Part shown: positions 1 to 8,858 of the stretch, in pieces | How positions within the stretch are numbered: the first letter of the stretch is position 1 | Layout: the number at the start of each line of letters is the position of its first letter | Assembly: GCA_963843145.1 (NCBI GenBank) | Contig: CAWJJC010000028.1 | Coordinates: 160,001 to 224,000 of the forward strand | Direction: 5' to 3' | Length of the DNA stretch: 64,000 nucleotides | Source: an uncultured delta proteobacterium | Lineage (GTDB): Bacteria; Desulfobacterota; RBG-13-43-22 | Position numbers and translations under genes: made by a program | Notes under the pieces: model-generated | Told to the model about the DNA's origin: nothing | What the model saw: the letters and a program-made list of their open reading frames with translations, nothing else | Database searches by the model: none

Positions 1-2
1 CT

Positions 3-179
3 TCGGCTTTTTATACGGTGGGGGCCTTTCGCGGAATTAAAACCGCGGCCCTGCTGATGGTTTCCGATGAGCTCTCCGGCGCTACCTGGCGGCACGGCTT
101 CAGAGATCCACGATTTCTAGATAGACGAAGGCAAATGGTCCGCTGGCTGCTGGAATGTTTTTCTCTTCTTCCCGCCTGA
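3..179 (+). CDS. 3' end of a nucleoside phosphorylase family protein (truncated by window edge)
   Basis: Manual translation SAFYTVGAFRGIKTAALLMVSDELSGATWRHGF...* resembles the C-terminus of purine/uridine phosphorylase (PNP_UDP_1) proteins; stop TGA at 177-179. Confidence 0.6.
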   Translation, partial: SAFYTVGAFRGIKTAALLMVSDELSGATWRHGFRDPRFLDRRRQMVRWLLECFSLLPA

Positions 180-414
180 ACCAACACTTCCCTGGCATAA
201 CCATTGCAGTTATTTGAGGTTGTTCAGTCTTTGAGGTGGATGTCCAGAATAAAATATAATGGTAGCTTAGTCTGTAATCGGAGTTCCGTGGCCGCCGGGT
301 CTCGGCGGCCATACCGGATTGGCGAGGGTCCCCACCCCAAAGGGCGAAGCGACTTAATTGATTCGTAACAGAGGATAGCCTTGCAAAAGATACTCTTTTA
401 GAGGGAGGTAGCTC

Positions 415-1779
415 ATGCAACCGGCAAGATTGGAAAGGAGTCTCAGACCGCTGACGGATGAAACAGCCCCGGCGGTGCGCCTGCAGAATGAATTATTGGC
501 AGAGGCCGTCGATCGGGGAGCCAGTGACGTCCACTTGGAACCATTACCTCAAGCGGTTCAGGTTCGATTTCGGGTGGATGGCCTGCTGGTGCCCGGTCCG
601 GTGCTCCCCAAGTCCCTCCAGGAATCCCTGGTTTCGCGTTTTAAGGTCACCTGCAACCTTAATATCAGCGAGAGACGCAATCCCCAGGATGGCAGCTTTC
701 ACCGGGTGGTTCAAGGAAAACCGCTGGACCTGCGGGTCTCCTGCCTGCCGACCCTTTGGGGGGAGAAGGTGGTCATTCGGCTTCTCGGCGATTCCCGGGG
801 GGTCCTGGGGCCAGAGCAACTGGGGATCCCTTCCCGGTCGCTTCAACGGGTAAAGGCCATGGTGGAACGGTCCCAGGGTATAATGCTGGTGGTCGGTCCG
901 ACCGGGAGCGGGAAATCCACCACCCTGTACTCCCTGCTGCGTTCCATCCACCGTCCCAGAATTAATATTGTCACGATCGAAGATCCGGTGGAGTACCTCC
1001 TGGAGGGGATTAATCAGATTCAGGTGAATGAAAAAATTGGACTGACCTTTGCCTCGGTGCTCCGGTCGGTTTTACGCCAGGACCCCGATGTAATTATGGT
1101 CGGGGAAATCCGGGATGAAGAGACCGCCCAGATTGCCTTTCGGGCAGCCATGACCGGGCACCTGGTTTTGAGTACCCTCCATACCAATGACACCGTATCC
1201 ACCATTACCCGATTAACCGATTTGGGCCTGCCCCCGTACCTGATTTCTTCTTCACTGTTGGGAATCTTAGCGCAGCGCCTGGTCCGGAGGAACTGTCCCC
1301 AGTGCTTGACCCCTTACCGACCGGATCCGGAATTTCTGGAACGGTTTCACTTGTCCGGTTCGGCGGATCAGACCTTTTACCGCGGTCAGGGGTGTCAGGA
1401 ATGCCAAGGGCAGGGCGTCACCGGCCGGGAAGGGGTGTTTGAACTGTTGACCGTCACCCCGGCCATCAGGGAAGCGTTGCTTTCCCGGACTTCGGAAAAC
1501 GATCTCCGTTATCTGACCGCTCAGGAAGAGGTGGAACCTTTGCTGGCCACGGCCCTGCAAAAGGCCCGAAAGGGCTCGATCTCCCTGGAAGAGTTGCTGC
1601 GGGTGGTCCCTTATGATCTGGGGGCGCGCTGCTGTCCCCATTGTTTATACCCGCTGGAGCATTTTTATCTTTATTGCCCGCAATGCGCCCGGCCCCTGGT
1701 AAGGCGGTGCCGGGGGTGCGGAAAACGGTTACGGAAAAACTGGCGGGTATGTCCCTATTGCGGAGGGGAGGCGGTTTAA
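415..1779 (+). CDS. GspE/PilB family secretion/pilus ATPase with C-terminal double zinc ribbon
   Basis: ASDVHLEP, RFRVDG, Walker A GPTGSGKST, TIEDPVE, LRQDPDVIMVGEIRD, GHLVLSTLH, tetracysteine motif, extra C-terminal CxxC pairs; RBS GGAGG. Confidence 0.92.
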   Translation: MQPARLERSLRPLTDETAPAVRLQNELLAEAVDRGASDVHLEPLPQAVQVRFRVDGLLVPGPVLPKSLQESLVSRFKVTCNLNISERRNPQDGSFHRVVQGKPLDLRVSCLPTLWGEKVVIRLLGDSRGVLGPEQLGIPSRSLQRVKAMVERSQGIMLVVGPTGSGKSTTLYSLLRSIHRPRINIVTIEDPVEYLLEGINQIQVNEKIGLTFASVLRSVLRQDPDVIMVGEIRDEETAQIAFRAAMTGHLVLSTLHTNDTVSTITRLTDLGLPPYLISSSLLGILAQRLVRRNCPQCLTPYRPDPEFLERFHLSGSADQTFYRGQGCQECQGQGVTGREGVFELLTVTPAIREALLSRTSENDLRYLTAQEEVEPLLATALQKARKGSISLEELLRVVPYDLGARCCPHCLYPLEHFYLYCPQCARPLVRRCRGCGKRLRKNWRVCPYCGGEAV

Positions 1780-2204
1780 AGATTTCGCAGACCCAGACCT
1801 TCTTCTTCGATGATTTCTTTCAGGACCTTGGTGGCGTGGTTTCGATCTTCAAAGTCCTTAAAGTGATTCAAAAATAACGGCTTAATCGCGGGGTATTGTT
1901 CTTTGGGAAAATAGCGGATCACCGGCACCAGTACCTGATCCGCTTTGAGAAAAAAATACAAAGTGATCTTATTGATTTCCACCTGGGGCAATCGCGAGCA
2001 CAAGGCCTCATGGGCCTCGTATTCCCGGCGGGAAATATAGAGGTAAATTTTTTCGTCGGACACGGTAAAATGGTACTGGCTGGCGACCATATATTTCCAG
2101 AGATCATACTCCGCTTGGGGGATAAACCGGACTTCCGGCCCGGAGGGACCGGGATCGGCTTTAGCCACCAGGCAATGAACCAGTTTAACGGCATCTTTGA
2201 ACAT
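1776..2204 (-). CDS. hypothetical protein
   Basis: Protein-like ORF convergent with the ATPase, stops overlapping; start could be 2204 (ATG) or 2219 (GTG). Confidence 0.6.
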   Translation of the reverse strand: MFKDAVKLVHCLVAKADPGPSGPEVRFIPQAEYDLWKYMVASQYHFTVSDEKIYLYISRREYEAHEALCSRLPQVEINKITLYFFLKADQVLVPVIRYFPKEQYPAIKPLFLNHFKDFEDRNHATKVLKEIIEEEGLGLRNL

Positions 2205-2414
2205 AAGCGCACCTTTCACTAAAAAGAAGCGTTATCCCCCATCCGGGGCGGGAACCGGAACCTCTCCCCTGGCCGACTCGTATTAATTAAACCATTTGTT
2301 CCAAATTAACAAGGAATAAAAAGAAGCGTATTCCTGCCGACCCTTGACTTTGAGCAGCAACTTGGGTTAGATGGACATTCAGCCTTTTATTATTTCTGGT
2401 CAGAAAGGAGGCCT

Positions 2415-3482
2415 ATGAAGGCCTTAGTACTCTCCGGCGGCAAAGGGACCCGTTTGCGTCCCATTACCCATACCATGGCCAAGCAACTGGTTCCGGTGGC
2501 CAACGAACCGATTCTGGGGTATGTTTTTCAGCACTTGATGGATGCCGGCATCAAGGAAGTGGGGGTGATCGTAGCTCCGGAAACCCAGGAGGATGTCCGC
2601 CGATTTTTGGGGGACGGCCGTCGCTGGGAACTGCGCATTACCTACATCCTCCAGGATCAGCCTCTGGGTCTGGCCCACGCGGTCAAAACCGGGCAGCCTT
2701 TCCTAGGCCAATCCCCTTTTGTCATGTACCTGGGGGATAATCTCTTGGCCGAGGGAATCAAAGGCTACCGGGAGCGGTTTCTGGAAGAAAAGTTGGACGC
2801 CTTCCTCTTCTTGAAGGAAGTGGACAATCCCAGCGCCTTCGGAGTGGCGGTTCTGGATAAAAAAGGGCGTATCACCCGCCTGATCGAAAAACCGAAGAAA
2901 CCGCCTTCCAATCTGGCCCTGGTGGGGATTTATTTTTTTTCGCCCCGGATCCACGAGGCCATCGCCCGGATCAAGCCCTCGGCCCGCGGGGAGCTGGAAA
3001 TCACCGATGCCATCCAGGAATTGATGAATATGAAAGGCCTGGTCAAGGGGCACAAACTGGAAGGCTGGTGGCTGGACACCGGCAAAAAGGATGATTTTCT
3101 GGCGGCCAATACCACGGTCCTGGACGATTACGTGAAACGGGACCTCTGCGGCGAATGTGATTCTCAAAGCCAGGTGACCGGACGGGTCCGCCTGGGAACC
3201 AAGGCCCGGGTAGTGAACAGCATTATCCGCGGTCCGGCGGTGATCGGCGAAGGGGCGGAGATCAGCGATTCCTTTATCGGGCCCTACACCACCATCGGTC
3301 CCCGCACCCGGATCATCCATTCCGTGGTGGAGCATTCGGTTATTTTGAATGACTGCCACATCGAGAATATCCCCCGCCTGGAGGACAGCCTCATAGGCCG
3401 GGAAAGCCGGATTACCCAGGGTAAAAACCAGTCCCAGGCCCTGAGGTTGATGGTGGGAGACAACGCGGTGGTGGAAGTCTAA
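2415..3482 (+). CDS. rmlA: glucose-1-phosphate thymidylyltransferase (long form)
   Basis: LSGGKGTRLRP, KQLVPVAN, YLGDN, EKP, ARGELEITD, WLDTG, C-terminal beta-helix; RBS AGGAGG. Confidence 0.93.
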   Translation: MKALVLSGGKGTRLRPITHTMAKQLVPVANEPILGYVFQHLMDAGIKEVGVIVAPETQEDVRRFLGDGRRWELRITYILQDQPLGLAHAVKTGQPFLGQSPFVMYLGDNLLAEGIKGYRERFLEEKLDAFLFLKEVDNPSAFGVAVLDKKGRITRLIEKPKKPPSNLALVGIYFFSPRIHEAIARIKPSARGELEITDAIQELMNMKGLVKGHKLEGWWLDTGKKDDFLAANTTVLDDYVKRDLCGECDSQSQVTGRVRLGTKARVVNSIIRGPAVIGEGAEISDSFIGPYTTIGPRTRIIHSVVEHSVILNDCHIENIPRLEDSLIGRESRITQGKNQSQALRLMVGDNAVVEV

Positions 3483-3507
3483 GCCAAAAATTATTGAATT
3501 TTTGGCT
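3482..3507. repeat. AGCCAAAAAT...ATTTTTGGCT hairpin (related copy at 60027-60055)
   Basis: Inverted repeat AGCCAAAAAT-TATTGA-ATTTTTGGCT just after the rmlA stop. Confidence 0.55.
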
Positions 3508-3516
3508 AGAAATGGT

Positions 3517-3633
3517 CGAAATTCGAAGCACGAAACAAATTCTAAGGACGAAAATCCAAAAACCCCATGTTTAGAATTTTGATCATTTGAATTTTGAATT
3601 TGTTTCGGATTTCGTGCTTCGTATTTCGGATTT
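3517..3633. repeat. 7-bp-periodic inverted-repeat intergenic element (CGAAATT/CGAAGCA units)
   Basis: Left arm CGAAATTCGAAGCACGAAACAAATT, right arm AATTTGTTTCGGATTTCGTGCTTCGTATTTCG; half copies at ~13228-13293, ~14090-14160 and ~55680-55705. Confidence 0.7.
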
Positions 3634-3658
3634 AACCTTTAATCAGGGATAGATAAAC

Positions 3659-4694
3659 ATGGATCAAAACCATACTGGTTACCGGCGGCCTGGGGTTTAT
3701 CGGGTCCAATTTTATTCGTCTGTACCACCAGGCGCACCCGGAGGACCGGCTGGTCAATCTGGATAAGTTGACTTATTCCGCCAATCCGGAGAACCTTCGG
3801 GACCTAGGCTCCGAACCCTGGTACCAATTTGTGGAAGGGGATATCCTGGATGAAGCTCTGCTGAATCAACTGTTAGAGCGGGTTCCGGTCCAAACGGTTG
3901 TCCATTTCGCCGCCGAATCGCACGTGGACCGATCCATCCGGGGATCGAAAGAATTCATTCAAACCAATGTCCTGGGGACTCATACCCTGCTGGAGGTTTT
4001 TAAACGCTATTGGGAGGAAAAACTGGATAAGGCAGACGGTTTCCGTTTCCTGCACGTCTCCACCGATGAGGTTTACGGGGCCCTGGGCGCCGAGGGTATT
4101 TTTACCGAGGAAACTCCTTTCCGGCCCAACTCACCCTACTCGGCCAGTAAGGCCTCCGGAGATCTCTTAGCCCGGGCCTACGTTGAAACCTTCCACTTTC
4201 CGGTTTTGATCGTTCGACCATCCAATAATTATGGCCCTTACCAGTTTCCGGAAAAATTCATTCCCTTGATGGTCACCAATCTTTTGGAGGGCCAGCCGGT
4301 CCCGGTTTATGGCCGGGGTGAAAACGTTCGGGATTGGCTGTTCGTGGAAGACGCCTGCCGGGCCATCGATCGGATTCTTTCGGCCGGCCGGATCGGCGAG
4401 GCCTACAACGTGGGCGGAGAGTCGGAGCGAAAGAACATTGAAGTGGCCCGGGAAGTCTTGAAGACCCTGGGCCGGGGAGAGGAATGGCTGCGCTATGTGA
4501 CCGATCGACCGGGGCATGACCTGCGCTACGCCTTAAGCAACGAGAAGATCCGGCGGGAGATCGGCTGGCGCCCCACGGTGGAATTTTCAGCAGGGCTGGC
4601 GCAAACCGTTCAATGGTATCAGGAACACCCCGAATGGTGGCAGCCGCTCAAGAAGAAGCTGGCCCAGGAAAGCAAAGGATTTTGGAGTAAGTAA
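3659..4694 (+). CDS. rmlB: dTDP-glucose 4,6-dehydratase (ATG at 3659 is 1 nt out of frame with the gene body)
   Basis: In-frame upstream of the tracked ORF: ILVTGGLGFIGSNF...NLDKLTY; also HFAAESHVDRSI, STDEVYG, YSASK, RPGHDLRY. Confidence 0.92.
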
Positions 4695-5554
4695 TGAGGA
4701 TCCTGGTGACCGGCGTACCCGGTTTACTCTCCGCTGACCTGATCCCCATCCTCCGGACCCGCCATGAAGTGGTCCCCTGTTCTCTCCCGGATCTGGATAT
4801 CACCGACCGGGAATCCGTTTTTAAGATCCTCCCGCATCACCTTCCTGATCTGGTCATCAACTGTGCCGGATATACCAACGTGGATGGAGCGGAAACTCAT
4901 TCGGAAGAGGCCCGCCGGGTCAATGCCCTGGGGGTTGGACACCTGGCCTTTTCCTGCCGGGATCTGGATATCCCTCTGTTGCAGATCAGTACGGATTATG
5001 TTTTTGACGGACAATCCGGCGTCCCCTACCGGCCCGAAGATCCCCCGCGACCCCTCAATGCCTACGGGCAAACCAAATGGGAGGGGGAAGGCCTGGTAAG
5101 CGGGTTGCTGAAAAAATACTTTATTGTCCGCACCAGTTCCTTATACGGAAGGAACGGTCCTAATTTCGTGCGGACCATCCTGGATAAGGCCCGTGGGGGA
5201 AGACCCTTTTCCGTAGTGACCGATCAGACCATGTCCCCCACCTGGGCCGTCAACCTCTCCCAGGGGATCCTGGTCTTAATCGAATCCCAAAAATACGGGA
5301 CCTATCATCTGACGGACCGGACCAACGGGGGAGTAAGCTGGTATGAATTCGCCCGGGCGATTTTAAACCTGATCGGGTCGAACCTGGAACTCCGGCCCAT
5401 TACCGCTCAGGAATTGAAAAGGCCGGCGATCCGGCCGGCCTTTTCCGTGTTGGACACCCGTCCATTGACCTCAGCCGTCGGCTTTCAGCCTCTTTTCTGG
5501 CGAGAGGCCCTGCAACAATTTATTTCCAGTCTGCCCAACCCTTCGGGTTTTTAA
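4694..5554 (+). CDS. rmlD: dTDP-4-dehydrorhamnose reductase
   Basis: NCAGYTNVD, ISTDYVFDG, YGQTK, DQTMSPT, RPAFS; start overlaps the rmlB stop. Confidence 0.93.
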   Translation: MRILVTGVPGLLSADLIPILRTRHEVVPCSLPDLDITDRESVFKILPHHLPDLVINCAGYTNVDGAETHSEEARRVNALGVGHLAFSCRDLDIPLLQISTDYVFDGQSGVPYRPEDPPRPLNAYGQTKWEGEGLVSGLLKKYFIVRTSSLYGRNGPNFVRTILDKARGGRPFSVVTDQTMSPTWAVNLSQGILVLIESQKYGTYHLTDRTNGGVSWYEFARAILNLIGSNLELRPITAQELKRPAIRPAFSVLDTRPLTSAVGFQPLFWREALQQFISSLPNPSGF

Positions 5555-5592
5555 CCAAAAATTCGCATTCGCTGGGATCGAAGGAGGAAAAG

Positions 5593-6843
5593 ATGACACC
5601 GAACAACCCTTATGAGATCGCCCGGGAGCAGGTGGATATTGCCGGAAAACATTTGGAATTGAATCCGGGAATCCTGGATATGCTGAAGAGCACCAAACGG
5701 GAGGTGGTGGTCCACTTCCCGGTGAAGCTCGACGACGGATCTTTGAAAATTTTTACCGGCTACCGGGTGGTCCATAACCCGGCCCGGGGCCCGGCCAAGG
5801 GGGGGATCCGCTACCACCCGGACGTAAACCTGGATGAGGTGCGGGCGCTGTCCATGTGGATGACCTGGAAGACCGCCGTGGTTAACATCCCCTTCGGGGG
5901 GTCCAAGGGCGGAGTATGCTGCAATCCCAAGGAGATGTCGCTCCGGGAGATTGAGAATCTGACCCGGCGATTTACCTGGGAGATCGCCCCTTACATCGGC
6001 CCGGAAAGCGACATCCCGGCCCCGGATGTCTATACCAATCCCCAGGTCATGGCCTGGATCATGGATACCTACAGCATCCTGAAAGGCTATACGGTCCCGG
6101 GAGTGGTAACCGGGAAACCGGTCGAACTGGGTGGGTCCCTGGGGCGGCTGGAAGCCACCGGTAAAGGGGTTTTTATAACGGCCCGGGATGCGGCCCAACG
6201 GATCGGCATGCCCCTGGAGGGCGCGCGGGTGGTCATTCAAGGGGCCGGCAATGTGGGCGGGATCGCCGCCCGGAATTTCAGCCGGGCTGGATGCCGGGTC
6301 ATCGCCATCAGCGACACCAAGGGAGGTATCCATAATTCCTCGGGGCTGGATGTCGAAAAGGCCCTGGATTGCAAGGATCGCTCCCAATGCTTCCTGACCC
6401 GGGAACTGGAAGTGGAAGACATCCGGAATGAGGAACTCCTGGAACTGGAGTGCGATATCCTGGTGCCGGCGGCCCTGGAAAACCAGATCACGGAAAAAAA
6501 CGCCCCGCGCCTGAAATGCCGGATCATCGCCGAAGGAGCCAACGGCCCGACCACCCCTGCCGCGGATGAAATCCTTTTCGATCGGGGGGTCCTGGTCGTG
6601 CCCGACATCCTGGCCAACGCGGGGGGCGTCACCGTTTCATATTTCGAATGGGTTCAGAATCTTCAGGAGCTGTTCTGGAGCGAGGAAGAGGTTTATGACC
6701 GGCTCCAGAGGATTTTAAGCCGGGCATTTGCCGAAACCGATCAGATCTCCCGGCAGAAGAAGGTTTCCATGCGCACGGCCGCTTATATCCTGGGGATCCA
6801 GCGGGTGGCTAAGGCGATGGAACTGAGAGGGATTTATCCCTGA
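5593..6843 (+). CDS. gdhA: Glu/Leu/Phe/Val dehydrogenase (glutamate dehydrogenase)
   Basis: RGPAKGGIRYHP, PFGGSKGG, DIPAPD, VTGKP, QGAGNVG, EGANGP, NAGGVTVSYFEWVQN. Confidence 0.92.
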   Translation: MTPNNPYEIAREQVDIAGKHLELNPGILDMLKSTKREVVVHFPVKLDDGSLKIFTGYRVVHNPARGPAKGGIRYHPDVNLDEVRALSMWMTWKTAVVNIPFGGSKGGVCCNPKEMSLREIENLTRRFTWEIAPYIGPESDIPAPDVYTNPQVMAWIMDTYSILKGYTVPGVVTGKPVELGGSLGRLEATGKGVFITARDAAQRIGMPLEGARVVIQGAGNVGGIAARNFSRAGCRVIAISDTKGGIHNSSGLDVEKALDCKDRSQCFLTRELEVEDIRNEELLELECDILVPAALENQITEKNAPRLKCRIIAEGANGPTTPAADEILFDRGVLVVPDILANAGGVTVSYFEWVQNLQELFWSEEEVYDRLQRILSRAFAETDQISRQKKVSMRTAAYILGIQRVAKAMELRGIYP

Positions 6844-6937
6844 AAGCAACCTGCGGTCACTATTTTTGATCAGGGTAATACGCAGGTTCTGAAAGGGTGG
6901 CCTGGGTTTTGGCCCGACCCCGACGGAAAACGAGTTT

Positions 6938-7291
6938 TTAAAACGAGGTGGCTGGCCGCAAGGGCACTTCGGGGTAAATCTGCCCGTGGCAAGGCGGCAT
7001 CGAGTTGTAGACCCAATCGATGTCCATGGTCGCCAGCGGCACTCCCTGGTAGCGAGCCCTGACTCCAAAACTTCTTTTACGAACCAGGCCCGCCGCTCCA
7101 TCAGGCTTCACGAGCAGAAATTTTTGGCCAGAGGCACCCGACGGGCCGTCTTGGCGGAACGACCCGCGGAGCGTTTGCAGGAGGGCGTAGGTTTCCGGAA
7201 CGAGATAGTAGGTCATCTCGTTGAATTGTACATCCCAGGGGGTCCCGGTGGTCCAGGCCCTTCGGGCGCCCTGGAAATAATAGTCCCGCAA
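6938..7291 (-). pseudogene. probable degenerate gene fragment of unknown family
   Basis: Protein-like segments switch between minus frames (WDVQFNEMTYYLVPETYALLQ / SLMERRAWFVKEVLESGLATRE / VPLATMDIDWVYNSMP); no clean start. Confidence 0.3.
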
Positions 7292-7634
7292 CCACTGGAT
7301 CCTGGGTCACAACCCCTTGGGTTCCTTCAGGGAAGAAATATATCGGGGGCCGGTGGAAGGGTCCAAAAGCCTCCTGATCGGGGTATGAGATGACCCCTAA
7401 TAATTTTTATCTACAAGGCGACTCTGAGTCAAGACCAAAATAGATAGAAATCCCAATAAGCAGGAAAAATATTAATTGCAATAAATTCAATTACCTTAGT
7501 CTGCTGATCCCTTCGGGACGCCTCCTGAGAGACTTTCTGAAATAATAACTTTTGACTTTGTGAATTATCGGTCTATAGTAATATTATACGCATATATTGA
7601 ATCTGCGTTCCAAACAGGATGCGAAAGTTTTTTA

Positions 7635-7672
7635 GCCCTCCAGTTCGTATTCGAACCGGGGGGTTTTTTTTT
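7635..7672 (+). terminator. intrinsic terminator upstream of the DUF3553 gene
   Basis: Stem GCCCTCCAGTTCG-TATT-CGAACCGGGGGGT followed by a T run. Confidence 0.6.
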
Positions 7673-7703
7673 GAGGCAATTTAAAAAGGATGAGGTAAAA
7701 AAA

Positions 7704-8558
7704 ATGGACTACAAAAAGGGCGAGAGGGTGAAACACCCCGGCATGCCGGCATGGGGACTGGGGAAAGTATTAGAGGACAGTCGGGATTCCAAGGTCAGCA
7801 TATTCTTTACCGGGGATGGCCGCAAGACCCTCTCTTTGAAATATGTTGAGCCGGTAAGAATCTCCGGGGAGGAAGCCAGGAACCCGGTATTGGACCATTT
7901 GTGGATTAAGGAAGGCGGGGAAAGCAAGTACCAAAACCTGCAAATATCAAAAGAAATGTTCTTAAAGGACTATCCCGATGGATTTTATGATCCCGCTTAC
8001 CTGAAAGGGGAAAGAAATCATAAGGTGGCGGCCCATGAGCTGGCTTTGAGTCTACTAGGCCCTGAGCCATTCAAAACCTTGTTAGGTCAACAGGATTATG
8101 AGGAAATATGCAAGCGGGCACTGAAAGTGGTGAATGCCACTAACCTGATTTTCCCCAATGAAAAATTGGCGTTAAGGAATGGCCTGAAAGATTCAAAAAA
8201 CATGGAGTTGTTTTCCGAAAAGCTTTATCACCTGTTATATGGGAAAGAGGAGCTGGCGGAGCGGTTTATCTCGTTTGCCCGGACCCTGGCGGGGATCAAG
8301 GCGGCCAAGTGGACCACCCTGTCCTATTTCCTTTTTATTGTCTTCCCCGACAAGCATATTTTTATAAAGCCGATCGTCACCCAACTGGCCGCGGAAATGT
8401 CCGCCTTCGAGATAAACTACCGCCCTGAATTAAATTGGAAAACCTATCAATCCGTTTTGGATTTCTCCGAATACTTCCGGTCCGCGCTGAAGGATTTCAA
8501 ACCAAGGGATATGATCGATATCCAATCATTCATGTGGTGTCTCGGACCAAATAATTAG
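7704..8558 (+). CDS. DUF3553-domain protein with helical C-terminal domain
   Basis: N-terminus GERVKHPGMPAWGLGKV...IFF..DGRK fits DUF3553 (SH3-like); C-terminus ends DMIDIQSFMW; RBS GAGG before ATG 7704; AT-richer than neighbours. Confidence 0.7.
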   Translation: MDYKKGERVKHPGMPAWGLGKVLEDSRDSKVSIFFTGDGRKTLSLKYVEPVRISGEEARNPVLDHLWIKEGGESKYQNLQISKEMFLKDYPDGFYDPAYLKGERNHKVAAHELALSLLGPEPFKTLLGQQDYEEICKRALKVVNATNLIFPNEKLALRNGLKDSKNMELFSEKLYHLLYGKEELAERFISFARTLAGIKAAKWTTLSYFLFIVFPDKHIFIKPIVTQLAAEMSAFEINYRPELNWKTYQSVLDFSEYFRSALKDFKPRDMIDIQSFMWCLGPNN

Positions 8559-8858
8559 TTCTCAATCTTGGCGGACAACCCTTAGATCCGGCGGTTGATT
8601 CGTTGATACCCGATCGTTTTGCCTTACTGGTCCGAACCGGAAAACAGACTCCGATCGGAATTGGCCCATCGCTATCCCCCGCACCGAGGCCTTAAGACCT
8701 TCGGTCGCGATTTTAAACATTCCCTCCGGGCCGCCTCCTGGACTGCCCTCAGACCCAACCCCCCCTAAAGGTAGCAAAGATAGGCAGTTTCTGCTAAATT
8801 AAGAGCATGGTGCCTAACCCTCCCCTCCCCAAAAAAAACAATCAGAGGAGTCTAATCA

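Noticed and set aside
262-400. c-di-GMP / cGAMP (GEMM) riboswitch upstream of the pilus ATPase
   Set aside because: GGCAAA, GAAA tetraloop and GACGCAAA consensus elements were not found.
5551-6387. Long antisense ORFs (also 16905-18014, 22950-24056, 26108-26920 and others)
   Set aside because: Shadows of GC-rich genes on the opposite strand, with no motifs.
8562-8777. Small ORF or RAYT transposase remnant
   Set aside because: Only a weak LIPDRFALLVRTG resemblance without the HUH motif; not supportable.
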